Origin: Pseudovirgaria hyperparasitica
Taxonomy: Eukaryota
Assembly (NCBI GenBank): GCA_010093815.1
Contig: ML996583.1
DNA length: 64,000 nucleotides
Reading direction: 5' to 3' (one strand)
Positions 37,745 through 50,902 of this stretch are shown here, one piece after another (the stretch's first letter is position 1; every line of letters begins with the position of its first letter). The notes below the pieces were generated by a model. That model saw nothing but the letters and a program-made list of their open reading frames with translations. It ran no database searches and was not told the DNA's origin. A program made the translations under genes and the position numbers.

Positions 37745-38426
37745 CTACTGTTCTCACGATAAACATGTCTATCTGATATCCAAACCTATTTGCTTTAGGG
37801 ACCAACAGACTGTACCCATTCTAGTAAACTAATAGGCTGTTCTCCCTCGATCCATGGATCGCGGGTGTATAAGTGAAGCACTAAGCCAAGAATCGCGCTA
37901 CGTCATTGGCGGAGAACTTTTAGTGTCCGCTGCTCTGCCTATAATTAGTGTAAACGGGACCGAGAGTGTGAGCACGAGCACTATGTTGAAGCCTACTCTG
38001 GGGCTGCTTCAGTGAAAACCCTCCAGAGCGCGTAGCGGTAGTTGACGGATTAAAGTTTGTACTGGGCTCATGAACATGCCCTGTGCTGCCTAGAGCTAGC
38101 TCTATCTATTGGTATCTTCACAGCCGTCAGCCACCGAGTCGGTCCGCTGGCCTAGAGAGCTGTCACGGGTGATCCGCGAGCTCTGAGAACGACACGCTCT
38201 AGCTTCTAATTTGTCTCAACCCACCGACATCAACAGATGACCATGTGATAACGCACTGTTCTCTTTGTCGCTGTTGCAGCTGTTCTTGGTCTTGGACTGT
38301 ATCTTTGTGACTTTGTACTGCCTCCGACACCTTGCAAAATAGCAGAGTACCGATGCGTCACCCTCTCTCTGATCGAATCCACCCTACACACGATTTCCAC
38401 CGACTCCATCGATATATATATACAAG

Positions 38427-41400
38427 ATGTCCTCCGAAGATGGGCTCCGAGCCCAAACAGGTCGCAAGCTCACAAAAAGACGGAAGGATTTCCGCCGGGT
38501 GTCTTTGGACATTCCCGAAAAATTCAAGGATGGCGCAGATATAGAAGAGGATGCCAGTGCTGCTCCAAAGGGCCAAGAGACTTGGACCATGAACCAATCC
38601 TTGTTTTCTATGATCGCGAAGACCGGTTCACAAGCGGATCTACACACACCCCTGGAGGAAGTCGCCTCGAGTGACAGCGATGGGGAGCATGAAGGTCGAC
38701 TGAAAAGTAGAAAGAGAGGAGATGCTGCACAATATATGTCGCCACCACGACATACTTCTGCCAGCTTTGCAAACAGACATAGAAGGAAGATCTCAGACAG
38801 TAAGCTGTTGAAATCGCTACCAAGACTGAGGACTAGGAGGGAAGCACGAGATGCATCGAACGACCAAGATATGTCCACTTCCCAGATCCTTCCGCCCAAA
38901 CCAGCACAAGTCACAGCATCGCGGCCGTCGAGAGAGTCAGCACTACTAGATACACGTCCGACACATATACATGATAGCGACGAAGCGGGTCCCAGCAGGC
39001 CAACAGCGAGCAGGCGGGGTCGCCATGAGAGCCTCAGTGAGACATCAGAGAGTAGCCCGCCGCCAACCTTAGCCCAGAGGCTACAAGATATTTTTGAGTT
39101 TGAGGAGCTAGAAGAGGTCATCTCTCGTACGTATTATCAACATGTCAACGCCTGCAAAAACTGATAACAATAGAATACCCATGCTGGTTAATCCAAAGCG
39201 TTCTCCTCCAAGGATACCTTTACATCACGCAGAAGCATATATGTTTCTACGCATACCTCAACCGCAAAGATCCTGGAAAATCCGGTTATATTGCGAAACT
39301 TGGACGCTCCAAGTATAACAGATATTGGTTTGTGTTAAAAGGGGATGTATTGGCATACTACAATAATACCTCAGACCTCTACTTTCCGCGAAACAGGATC
39401 AACCTCAGCCACGCTATATCCGCTTCGATCATTGATCAGAAGGACAAGGACAAAGAGGCTACAAGCTTTGTCGTTGAAACAGAGGGTCGCAACTACACAT
39501 TCAAGGCCGATAGTGCAACCAGCGCTTTGGACTGGGTCCGCGCAATACAGAAAGTTATATTCCGAACACGCAATGATGGGGGCAGTGTCAAGATATCGAT
39601 TCCTTTGCAGAACGTTTGGGACATAGAAGAAAACCCTTTGATGGATTTTGCCGATTCTATCAAAATCAGGGTCATCGACAACGGCGAAACTTACGCCATG
39701 GACGAAGTAAACCAGTTCGTCAGATATCTGCGTAAAACTTTGCTAATATTTTGTAGTACTTCTTCTCATTTTCAGGCTCCGCCGAAGATGTCTTGAACAT
39801 CTTGCGCATCCTGATCCCGGATAATGACCCGTCTGTGGACGGTAGGAGCAGCACTTGTAGTCCTCGTGTCAGCTCCAGTGTTCGTCCGAAGCATCTTGAC
39901 GTCAAAACAGATACTGAACGGTCTGTGAGTCCAGGCGATGCATCACCATTACGGGAAAATGTCAAAGCAACTCTGTCACCTCGCCCGCCTGTGAACCTAA
40001 AAGGATCTAGCCCAAGAATTAGTATGGAGTCGAGCCGATCGAGTCTGGACATGAGAAGACGTAGCACAGACATTACCAGAACTTTTCAGAAGACCAATTC
40101 TGACAGAGGACGAACAAGCTTCACGATGAACAGAAGCTCAAGCTATGGTGGTGATGGCGTTCGACGTGGAGACAAGTCACCGTTATCACCAAAAATCAAC
40201 GAATCATCTGCCTCCGCGAGCACTTCTCTTGACCAGGTTGAAACAGAGTCATCTGCAGCGATTCAGTCCCTGGACGACACGAACGCATCTGCTAGTCAGA
40301 TTTTGAATCGCACGGATGTCTTCCACCGTCCAACAATCCAAAATTCCTCTGGTCAACTGGACACCGAGAAAGACAGGATGTGTCAATCTCAAGAAACGGC
40401 ACGATCTGTCCGTGACAATAAGCGATCCCCTCTTCCAACAGGTGAAATGAGAAAAGTATATAAGCAACGTGCCACCGAGAGATTAGTGGGCGATGACGAT
40501 GATAGTGATCAACAGAACTCTAAGATGAGAGACTCTGATACTTCTGCGATACAAAACATTGTACAAGCTGGATCTTACCCCCTGCAGAAGGCATCCGGCC
40601 TTCTTGGCAATCTCAAAAGCCGTTCCAAGCGTATGAGCAAGGTGCTTTCAACAGAAACCATGGGCTATTACGAGAAAGTAGCCGGCATGTGGGCGGGTGG
40701 ACGGAAGCACTATCATACTGCAGAAGGACTTTCACCAGACGACCAGATCCGAAGTGCCCAGGAAGATGCAGATGCCGTGGTTGATGCAGAGCGCTTCCGA
40801 GAACATTTTGCACTACCCCCAACTGAGGAACTTCAATCAACGTTTTTCGGCTCCTTGCAACGAGTGATACCGATGTATGGCAAGATTTACATCAGTGATC
40901 GCCATTTCTGCTTTCGTAGTATGCTGCCAACAACGAGAACGAAGCTGATTCTTCCGCTAAAAGACATCGAAACCGTCGAGAAAGAGAAAGGTTTCCGGCT
41001 CAGTTACTATGGTTTAGTCATAGTAATTCGAGGATTTGAAGAGGTCTTCTTCGAGTTTGCGAAAGCCGAATTACGAGATGAGTGCACTGTTACGACCTTG
41101 AGGCAATTGGAAAATGTTCGCTTCATGACGAATTCGCAGTCGCTTCACCAGGAAGACGTCACGATTGAAGAGCAGGCTAAAGCAGAGCATGATCTTTTAC
41201 AGGAAGCTCGAGCTGAACCGATTCCACAATCCGCTCCAATTGATGCTCCTGACACAGGTATGTTGAATCCACTTTTATGCCACGTCCAATGAACTAACCA
41301 GAAACCTACTCTAGATCCCGAAAAGATGCCTCTTATCTTTGACGACCTCGGTGGGTCTTACGTTGACTTCAAGCCTTCAGAATCTCTCAAAATCACTTGC

Positions 41401-42953
41401 CTGACTATTGGCTCCCGGGGAGATGTCCAGCCTTATATCGCCTTTTGCAAAGGACTTCTTGCTGAAGGACACAAACCTAAAATTGTCACCCATGCAGAGT
41501 TCGAGCATGCTGTACGCGAGCAAGGCATCGACTTTGCCCCAGTCGCGGGTGACCCGGCGGAGCTCATGCGAATCTGCATCGAGAATGGCATGTTTACTTA
41601 CTCATTCATCCGAGAAGCCTCCGAAAAGTTTCGCGGCTGGATCGATGGCCTACTTGCGACAGCTTGGGAAGCCTGCCAGGGATCTGATATTCTAATTGAG
41701 AGCCCCAGTGCTATGGCTGGAATACACATAGCAGAGGCCTTACGCATTCCTTACTTCCGCGCTTTTGGCATGACGTGGACACGGACCCGCGCATATCCTC
41801 ATGCATTCTTCGTACCAGGTCGCAGAATGGGCGGTAACTGGAACAGCTGGTCCTACTCTGTATTCGATAAGTTCTTTTGGGGCGGTATTTCAGGCCAAGT
41901 GAATCACTGGAGGAGGAACACCCTCAAGCTTCCCAAGACTGGCTTAGGCAAGATGAAACCCGACAGACGACCTTTCATGTACTTTGTTTCGCCGTCGGTC
42001 ATGCCGCCACCGCTGGACTGGCCCGACTGGATTCGTGTTACGGGATACTGGTTTCTCGATACGAACAACGACTATGTGCCACCACAAGATCTTGTTGACT
42101 TTCTAGCGAAAGCTCGTAAAGATAAAAAGAAGATTGTGTACATCGGTTTTGGCTCAATAGTGGTCGACGATCCTGCGGCTATGACCAAGACGGTCGTCGA
42201 TGCAGTTCTCAAAGCAGATGTGCGCTGTGTTCTATCCAAGGGCTGGTCAGACCGACTCGACAAGAAGGATGCGGCCAAGCCCGAATTGCCCCTCCCCTCT
42301 GATATCTTCCAAATAAAGGAAGCACCCCACGACTGGTTATTCAAACAGGTTGATGCAGCAGTACATCACGGCGGCAGCGGTACTACAGGTGCAAGTCTGC
42401 GCGCAGGGATCCCTACCGTCATCAAACCTTTCTTCGGTGACCAGTTCTTCTATGGTATGCGCGTTGAGAATCTCAATGTTGGCGTATGTATCGAAAAAAT
42501 CAATACAACCGTACTCGGGCGAGCAATATGGACGGCGACGAATGACCAGCGGATGATAGACAAGGCAGCTTTGCTAGGGGAGAAGATTCGAAAAGTATAT
42601 CATGCCGCAGTCTTCACTCACCTCAATTGTATGCTCATACTGACTCTTCACAGGAAAGTGGCGTTCAAACTGCGATTCAGACGATGTATCGTGAGCTCGA
42701 ACGAGCACGCACCTTCATTCCAAAGGACGAATCCCCCGATGTTGGCTATGCCTCTGCACACCCCGACCCGACCGAAGATAATGAAGATTGGACTCTTGTT
42801 GATGACGAAGATGCATGTCTGGATACTGAGACCGCTGCCGCGACAGGGTATCTCAAGTATTCAGAGCAGGCGCTTGCACGTGCAGGTGGAAGCAGCGCGA
42901 TGGCACTGGGAAGCATGGTGCTCAGAGGTGCCGGTGTTAGTGGTAAGCGATGA
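38427..42953 (+). CDS. ATG26: Sterol 3-beta-glucosyltransferase (GRAM-PH-GRAM-GT), introns ~39127-39173, 39707-39756, 41258-41314, 42595-42653
   Basis: YPCWL...QGYLYIT GRAM, a PH domain, [11 protein letters not shown] and [15 protein letters not shown]...PFFGDQ. Confidence 0.95.
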
Positions 42954-43831
42954 TTATCAGTGCGAGTATTGATTGACTTATTACGTTGTCTGCGAGTAAA
43001 GAGGTGGATTTAATAAATCCATGTGAGTCTCTGAGCCCGCTTTGGGGGACTCAAGGCTTGACTAGAGTCAGTGGCTCTAGCGCGAACTGCAGCATTTCAT
43101 CCACCTGGTGGTGGCTATTCAATCGCCATTTTGGAATGGAGATACATCAGCGGGCGTTCTATGTGTTTTGCGCCAGATGATCACCGTTTTTCTCATATAT
43201 CAGACTGCCATTTCGCACGACATCTAGATTTCTCTATAATAATGATCCAGTCTTGTTCGCAAAAGGAATTCTCCGCGAGGTAGATAGTGTTTGGATGAGT
43301 CTCATGTCATATAATAGATAGAGTATGATCAAGATGGCTGAGAGTATGCATCAACCTTGAAGTCTTAACCTGCTCCCCAATGATACGAGCACACGACCTC
43401 TTGCCCAATTTGGCGATCAGCTGTTCCTGCCCCAGGCTGCATGCCTGCCTTGTTGCCTGCGCTTGACTACTCAGTGGATATTGGGTTGTTCACGATGCAA
43501 TGATACCTCGTACAGCACCGGTAGTAAATAAGGTAGTTCAGCCGATACTCGATATATCACAACCGCCTCTCCACATTCGCGATAGCAGGGCAGGACAGTT
43601 CTCTCACGCGCCGCTAATACTGCAGCAACGAGAACGCATCAGCTAAAATAGCGGGTACGTCAGATCTCCTGCCCGAGGACGCAAGGAAATCCCGGCTTGT
43701 CTCTTCGCGACGGGACCGGGTTCATTCTCGCCCACGTCAAGCCTTTTCACCTAAACATTGCGCCTTGCACTGAAGAGCCAATCCTTCAATTAACCTCTCA
43801 GTCTCTCATTCATCGCCTGGATCGCCTTGCG

Positions 43832-46596
43832 ATGCCCCCCAAAGCTGCTGGCCAGGGCCGCGGCGAGTCTTCCAAAGCCCCACAGAGGTATCCTGGCAGC
43901 ACTTCATCGCCGGCATCGCAGCCACAAGGAGGCCAAAGCGGTCAAGCTGAGCAAGGAGATTCTTCCGCCGCAGCGAAGAAGAGAAAGCACAGAGCTGGAA
44001 AGAAGCATCGTCGACACCGTCGACAGTCGTTTGCACCGACTGAAGCTTCTGACATCACCACCGAGCGACCTGATCCTCGACATTTGACGGTCGATTCAGC
44101 AGCTCGGAACAGCTTTTACAGGATTGATGCGGGCAAGAGAAGTACTGACAGCATTGCTAGCGAGGCGCTGCTAGATCATAGGTCAGTTCCATGCGTCCTG
44201 CAGATATGACTTGTACACTGCTGACGTTGATCAACTAGGGATTCTGGGCCACTCCAAGCTAGACGCCAAAGCATCCACCAAAGCCAATATGCCCCTCCCC
44301 GTAGTAGCTTTATGGGAGACCACGAGTCGCCAGTCAGGAGTATGACCAACAGTACTGTTATGCCAGGCTCCTCCGGTCTATCGCATCCTATAAGGCCGTA
44401 CGAGAACGGCGAGGAAGACTATGAAGAGACCTCAGATCGAACACCTTTAATTGCAACAACAAAGCCAAAGCAGGCTACAAGTGGTGTGGGTTATGGCGGG
44501 CTTACACCGTCAACCAACCGCCAGCGATCCAAGCCACGATCTGTCAGTTCAAATGCTTCAAGAAAGAGTCGGCCATTACTAGAGCATGCCCAGACCGGTA
44601 TGAGCTCAAGCAATCTATTCGACGTCAACAATCCTCCCTCGGTACCGGGAAGCCCCGTGCTGGGTGCGGGAATTGGCTACGATGATGCTATGCTCACAGG
44701 GGATGTTATCACAAGTCATTCTCCTCAGAACACACGCAATGCCCGCTCTGCAACGTCGCGCGACGCGCTTATCGATATCAATGACGGTGCTCCGTTCATG
44801 GACTCTACACCTCCCTCGCCAGATCGTTTCGGAAGAGAGCGCAGACATACGATCGCGCATCCCGCGGAGGAAGATGTGTGCTTTCCGGCTGAGGGAATGT
44901 CGGCAATCGGAGAGGAAGATTACATGCAGATGCAACAGCAGAATGGTCAAGAATATCAACACCGGCGAAGGAGGCGCCGACAATGGCCTGATCTTGAAAC
45001 TTTGGACCACTGGAGCCGGGAGGAGAAAGAGGAGCGAACAATGGAAGGAATTCGCATCAGGAAAGTGAGCGAGCCTCTTATGGTTGGTGGACGCCTGCGT
45101 CCCACAAAGAATGCAGCATGGCACCGACAGGACGATGACGCACCGTATCGGTTCACGTACTTCAATGAGGAGTTTCAAAACACAATACATAGTCAGACAA
45201 TAGGGGAGCTTCTTCAACCCGGCCAGACCTTTCGGGACCTCTTTATTCCTGATCCACCTTTACTATCTGACGAGAGTTCCGATGAGGAAGACGAAGATGA
45301 TCTGGCGAGCAGAGTTGCAGGCTCCGTAGCAGGGACGACAACAAGGCAGTCATACCGCCCGGGCGATACTGGGAGTAAGATACCATCTGGAGAGCAAACT
45401 GGGAGAAATACGCCTGTGCCATCTTCAGCTCAGGATCATCCGTACCAGAAGACCAGTAAAGAGCCTCGTTATGGATCACGACCAGTATTTTGGCTGGATG
45501 TCATGTCACCTACCGACGCAGAAATGAAAGTCATTTCGAAGGCATTCGGCATCCATCCCCTGACATCGGAGGACATTATGATGCAAGAAGCTCGCGAGAA
45601 AGTTGAACTGTTTCGGCATTATTACTTCGTAAACTATCGGACATTCGAGCAAGACCCCAACAGTGAGGACTATCTAGATCCAGTAAACATGTTTGTTGTG
45701 GTGTTCAGAGAAGGCGTCATCAGCGTACGTCCTCCTTGCCTTCTTTACTTCTTTACAGATGTGCTTACATGAACAGTTCCACTTCTCCATGACACCACAT
45801 CCAGCCAACGTTCGACGACGCATCCGTCAACTATCCGACTACTTGATCCTATCTTCCGATTGGATCTCGTATGCAATAATTGACGACATCACAGACGTAT
45901 ATGCACCTTTGATTCAGAGGATTGAGGAGGAGGTAGATGAGATCGACGACGAAATTCTCAGGCTGCATATGACAGACTCTGAGCCTGAGAAGAAGGCTGG
46001 AAAGAACAAGAACGATGAGAAAATGTCTGAAAGTGGTGAATCAATTAAAGAAAATGTCCATGGTGATATGCTTCTTCGTGTTGGGGAGTGTAGAAAAAAG
46101 GTTATGGGCCTATATCGTCTCCTGGGTAACAAAGCCGATGTTATCAAAGGCTTTGCGAAGCGTTGTAATGAGCAGTGGGATGTTGCGCCTCGCAGCGAAA
46201 TTGGTCTCTACCTTGGCGATATTCAAGATCATATCGTTACCATGACCGGGAACTTGACCCATTACGAAAGGTGTGTCTTTATAACTTGGGTTGGGTTGAA
46301 CTCTCTCGCTGACTTGCCGTAGTCTACTCTCCCGTGCTCATGGTAACTACCTCGCCCAGATCAACATCCGTATGAATGAAAGGCAAGAACAGACTGCTGA
46401 TGTACTTGGTAAGCTCACTGTGCTGGGAACCATTGTCCTTCCGATGAACATCATTACGGGTATGTGGGGCATGAACGTGCTCGTGCCAGGCCAGGATGTA
46501 GATAGCCTTTGGTGGTTTTGGGGTATCACGGCTGGACTCCTCGCGTTTGGTCTAAGTAGTTTCTTCATTGCGAAGAAGGTCTACGGTATTGTATAA
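43832..46596 (+). CDS. CorA-family Mg2+ transporter (Alr1/2-like), introns 44182-44238, 45725-45776, 46271-46322
   Basis: FGIHPLTSEDI, REKVELF, LYLGDIQDH and the GMWGMN signature before the last TM. Confidence 0.92.
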
Positions 46597-47352
46597 GTCG
46601 ATGTACTTTCATCAATGTGTAAATTTGGAACAGCTGTCAGATGGCTGGCTGGAAACGGGTGGGGATGGGTGGGAACTGGTTATTAATCACAGAGATTGGC
46701 TAAAGGGCATTGGATACAACGGACCGGAGCCATAGTGTACAAACAGAGTCGTGGATAGCACCAAATACCACGAATAATACAATACATGTAATCGCGAAAA
46801 TACGACAGTCTTCACCCTAATCTTATCCTAGATTTCAAACCCCCTTATAGCAGCAGATTCATGCCCCGAAGCCTCATACTCCCGCCACCTTATGTATGTG
46901 ATAACTATTTTTGGTATGATATGGGCATGGTATGGGTAAGGCTCGTGATGTTCTTGGTCGTATATATGTATCCATGCTCGCCCGGAGGTGGCAGTTATAA
47001 CAAGTCTGACCTCTACGGTTCAACGATGGCTTGAAGGGCAGATGTTGACGTGTGGTCATATAGAGTAATTGATTGACTCAATAGTTGGAAATGCTACGCT
47101 ACTCTGAGTAGTGAGGAGTCTCGACGCGAGCTTAATATAATGTGTCTGAAGAATCTGGGCTAAGTGCACTATAGGCACTAGAGTAAAGTCTTAGCAAGAA
47201 CGAGTTTGTGTTCATACTATATACTCTGTTCTATTCCATGTATGCTTCGGTTCTGCATGTAAGGCTACAGGGTCATCGACACTGCTGTCCTCCATTTACA
47301 TATAGATTTCTAGCAATGACAACCTTACCCCGATGAGTTTGCTCCAGTGCAA

Positions 47353-47976
47353 TTAGGCGCTCACGACCTTCAAGAACCCATAGAACTCAGGCCTGTACCC
47401 AGCGTGCGGCGGAAAGTCTGGGTCTGCGGGAACCCCTGACAATTTTGCACCGTAATACCCCTCCGGAGAAGTCCCGTCACCAGGAGCCGGGCGGAAGTAG
47501 AAGGCCCATGTCGTGAGGCCCAGGGCCCCAAGATAGGTATCTGGTTGTCTGACGCCATCGATCTCATGTGCATACAGCTGCGGCTTGTAGCCCTGGTCCT
47601 CCCACAAGAAGGCATTGCCAGCGTCGTGTGAGACGTTGATGTCTACGTTGCGCGGGTACACGGCAAGTTGGGCATTGCGCTGGCATTGGTATACTTGCTT
47701 TGCAAGATCGATCTGTCGGCTGGCCTCGATGACGAGGGTGGAGACGTTGTGAGACACACCGGGGCTTGTGAAGTAGGGAATGGTCTTGTCGTATGCGAAG
47801 AGGTTGTCGGCGATGCCTTTATCGGTTGAGTCGGTCTTGATGTAGAAGAGATTGTTGCTTGGTCCCTTAGGGTAGGCAGAGCAGGATTCTGCGTCGCGAG
47901 GTATGACAGTAACGTCAGGGACTGCGAGCCCGATGCCAAATAACAGCGGAAGAAGTCGTAGGGTGGCTCGTTTCAT
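47353..47976 (-). CDS. Secreted hypothetical protein, 207 aa, single exon
   Basis: Signal-peptide-like N-terminus MKRATLRLLPLLFGIGLA, GC3-rich codon usage, two Cys. Confidence 0.75.
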   Translation of the reverse strand: MKRATLRLLPLLFGIGLAVPDVTVIPRDAESCSAYPKGPSNNLFYIKTDSTDKGIADNLFAYDKTIPYFTSPGVSHNVSTLVIEASRQIDLAKQVYQCQRNAQLAVYPRNVDINVSHDAGNAFLWEDQGYKPQLYAHEIDGVRQPDTYLGALGLTTWAFYFRPAPGDGTSPEGYYGAKLSGVPADPDFPPHAGYRPEFYGFLKVVSA

Positions 47977-48575
47977 ACTGCTGGTTTGTGAGAGTTTCTT
48001 ATTTTTTGAATGAGGACGATGGTAATTGCTCCCTACAGTTACATTGAAGCTTGAGCGGCGACGACGACTATTTGTATCTTCGACATGTATCGTTGAGGCT
48101 GACTACAATGGTCACGCTCCGCAATTTATACCTACCGTTGCAAGGGATACCCAAGAAGCGGTAGAGCATAGATTATATTGCTATGACTAGCAATAGATTA
48201 GGATATACGTCTAAACGATATTACCCTCCACGTGGCCCGTGAATGGAAGGATCCATAGACTCCTTCGAGTTCGATGTCCTATCTTTTCAATGATGGCAAT
48301 ACACCGCACTGCCGTGTACTCCCTTCAATTGGCTCGCTTGGCCGTCCTCAGGACCAGGGAGACAAACGTAGTGCAATACCAAGCAGGCAGCAAGAAGGAT
48401 CTGTCGAGGCTTATTATTCCATTGATGGATGCCTGATTTCTCCCCACTCAGCGCGAGATTGGTGGGTTCTGATTACACTATTGATACGCAACTGAGTGCG
48501 AGGCACGATCCGGAATGCTGCCTCTGCCTACTATACACATGGTATCTAGATCTTGGATCACAGAATATCCGCAGG

Positions 48576-50318
48576 TCAAACCTTCTTCGAAACCTCGGAT
48601 GCTATCAATGGTGGCTCCTCCGTCTTTTCAGACGCAACCTGCCGTTGAAGCAGATCCTTGAGAGCGCCCTGACAGTCTAATCGGTCCATAAAGACCTCGA
48701 CAATGCGAAGACCAGAGCCTTCTTGAACCTTTGGGCTCTGTAAGACAGTGGTGAGATCCTCCCATGTTCTTGCGGCAAGGTAATTTTCGGATGCATGCTG
48801 TTCCCCAGCGCCGAATAAGGTCATTGCTGCTCTATGGTTCCAGGGAAATATGTCATTATAGCCCTGTGTACGACCATGTATCACACGTTCGATAGTATAG
48901 CCGTCGTTGTTGATGAGAATTATAATGACATCCAGCTTCTCTTTAATGATTGTACTTAGTTCTTGCACAGTCATTTGAAGACTTCCATCTCCCATAAACA
49001 GCACGGTGCGCTTTCCCTGTGCAGTGTCACGCTGCGCAAGTGCTGCTCCAAGAGTTGCAGGAAGCATGTATCCAATCGACAGCCATGTGATTGCAGAGAA
49101 GAAGCGTGTGCCGGGAGGCAGGACTAAAGCTCGGCCACCGTGAGAGGCCGTTCCGGTCTCAGTAAGGACGATGTCTCCATCTCTGAAAAGGGGGTTGATG
49201 AAACGATAGAAATAGTCTTGGGTTATAGGCCCAGTGAGAGAAGATTTGTCGAGTGTCGTATCTGGCTTAGGAGGTCCTTGAATGCTTTGCAATTTGGACG
49301 GGACAAGCTGCTGCAAGAGCTGGGACAGAATGCGCTTACCGGAAACGTCACGATATGTCTCTGTCCCAACGTGGATGGTCATATCCTGAAAAAGAACTGC
49401 TGACGTCTGATTCGGAATGCACGTAAAACCATTGGTGTTAGTGTCGCTATAATGAGGTCCAAAGACGAGGATTAAGTCTGCAGACTCGAAGTAGGCCTTC
49501 GCACCATCAAGTCCATACTTTCCAGTGTACATCCCATGAACACTAGGCAGCGACTCGTCCACCAGTCCTTTTCCATATGTTGTTGTCCATGTTGGCCAGC
49601 TAGAAGTTTTCACTAGCTCGTCCACTTCACCGAGAACACCCATAGGTCTGCTCTCCCCGTCTATCAAGATCAAGGGGCGTTTTGCGGAGTAGATCCGGTC
49701 CAGGATAGACTGTAAGATCTGAGGTTCTGACGGAGCCTTCAGTGCCTCTGGTGATATGATTTTCTGTGCCAATCTTGTTGAAGACACTTCAACGTCCACC
49801 ATATCATCCGGGATTTCGAGATAGACCGGCCTCGAGTGCAACATGGCCTGCCCGATAATCCAGTCTATCTGTTCTGGTGCCGTCCTTGAATCTCGCAGCT
49901 CCGTTTGTGCAGCTGTAACATGCTTGTGCATTTCTGCAAACCGTCGGTACTCGCCATCTGCAAATGTGTGATGCATCTTCACCCTCTCATCTTGCAATTT
50001 CCGCGATGGTGTCCCACAAATGTGTACCACAGCTGCCCGCTCGGCATACGCCCCAGCTACCCCATTGATAGCAGACAACTCGCCCACTCCGAAGGTCGTG
50101 ATCAAGGCCGAGAGGCCAGCGATCCGTGCATATCCATCGGCAGCATACGCAGCATTCAGCTCGTTGCAGTTTCCGACCCAATGCAGCTTATTTGGTTCTA
50201 CGTAATCGAGGAGTCGAAGGTTGTAATCCCCAGGTACACCAAAGACGGAATGGACTTCGAGCTGATGTAATCGCGTAAACAGATAGTCAGCGAGTTTGAT
50301 GGTCGGTGAGTCTGGCAT
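48576..50318 (-). CDS. TPP-dependent 2-oxoacid decarboxylase (pyruvate/phenylpyruvate decarboxylase family), intronless
   Basis: GVPGDYNL, NELNAAYAADGYAR, HHT and TPP motif GDGSLQMT...NNDGYTIER. First ATG at 50318. Confidence 0.93.
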   Translation of the reverse strand: MPDSPTIKLADYLFTRLHQLEVHSVFGVPGDYNLRLLDYVEPNKLHWVGNCNELNAAYAADGYARIAGLSALITTFGVGELSAINGVAGAYAERAAVVHICGTPSRKLQDERVKMHHTFADGEYRRFAEMHKHVTAAQTELRDSRTAPEQIDWIIGQAMLHSRPVYLEIPDDMVDVEVSSTRLAQKIISPEALKAPSEPQILQSILDRIYSAKRPLILIDGESRPMGVLGEVDELVKTSSWPTWTTTYGKGLVDESLPSVHGMYTGKYGLDGAKAYFESADLILVFGPHYSDTNTNGFTCIPNQTSAVLFQDMTIHVGTETYRDVSGKRILSQLLQQLVPSKLQSIQGPPKPDTTLDKSSLTGPITQDYFYRFINPLFRDGDIVLTETGTASHGGRALVLPPGTRFFSAITWLSIGYMLPATLGAALAQRDTAQGKRTVLFMGDGSLQMTVQELSTIIKEKLDVIIILINNDGYTIERVIHGRTQGYNDIFPWNHRAAMTLFGAGEQHASENYLAARTWEDLTTVLQSPKVQEGSGLRIVEVFMDRLDCQGALKDLLQRQVASEKTEEPPLIASEVSKKV

Positions 50319-50902
50319 AGTGACGAGCTTCAGGGGTAAAGTACGATAGTCAAATTGAAGATGTACTGAATCCGACATCTGCACTTTGATATACCAAGGT
50401 TTCCCGGCTTCCGTCGGTTCATCATCCGACGTTGATCAGGTGCGTAACTCATACTGCGCAAGACATGATATAAAGTACTCATGTCTACACTTCACTGGGC
50501 AACGCGCTGCTTCCGGGCAGTACGCCGAAAATGTGCCTGCTCCGAAAGCGCTCCCTAGATGTAACGTTATGAGGCCTTAGTCCTGAGGCCAGAAGACCCG
50601 CTACCACGTCACTGGTCACTATCAGATCCTGTCTTGCATGCATGCAGGCATGTAAGAGGGCATGGGCTGACACAAAGCAGCGTAATGTGTTTCCTTTGTG
50701 CTCCTTTGTAACCACCAACAGCTCTTCCTATACCTTCGTTCGCGCAGCCAAGTTGGCTCGACTTCAAGGCTCCTTCACCCGGCCCCTCCGAAACCTGTCG
50801 AAACACCATCTAAGCTCTGCCGTTTACCGACTCGCCGGCCGTATACCCTCAATCTTGGGCGTGGAGATCCCAAAGGCTGGCGCGCGCCGGCAAGCGCATG
50901 AG

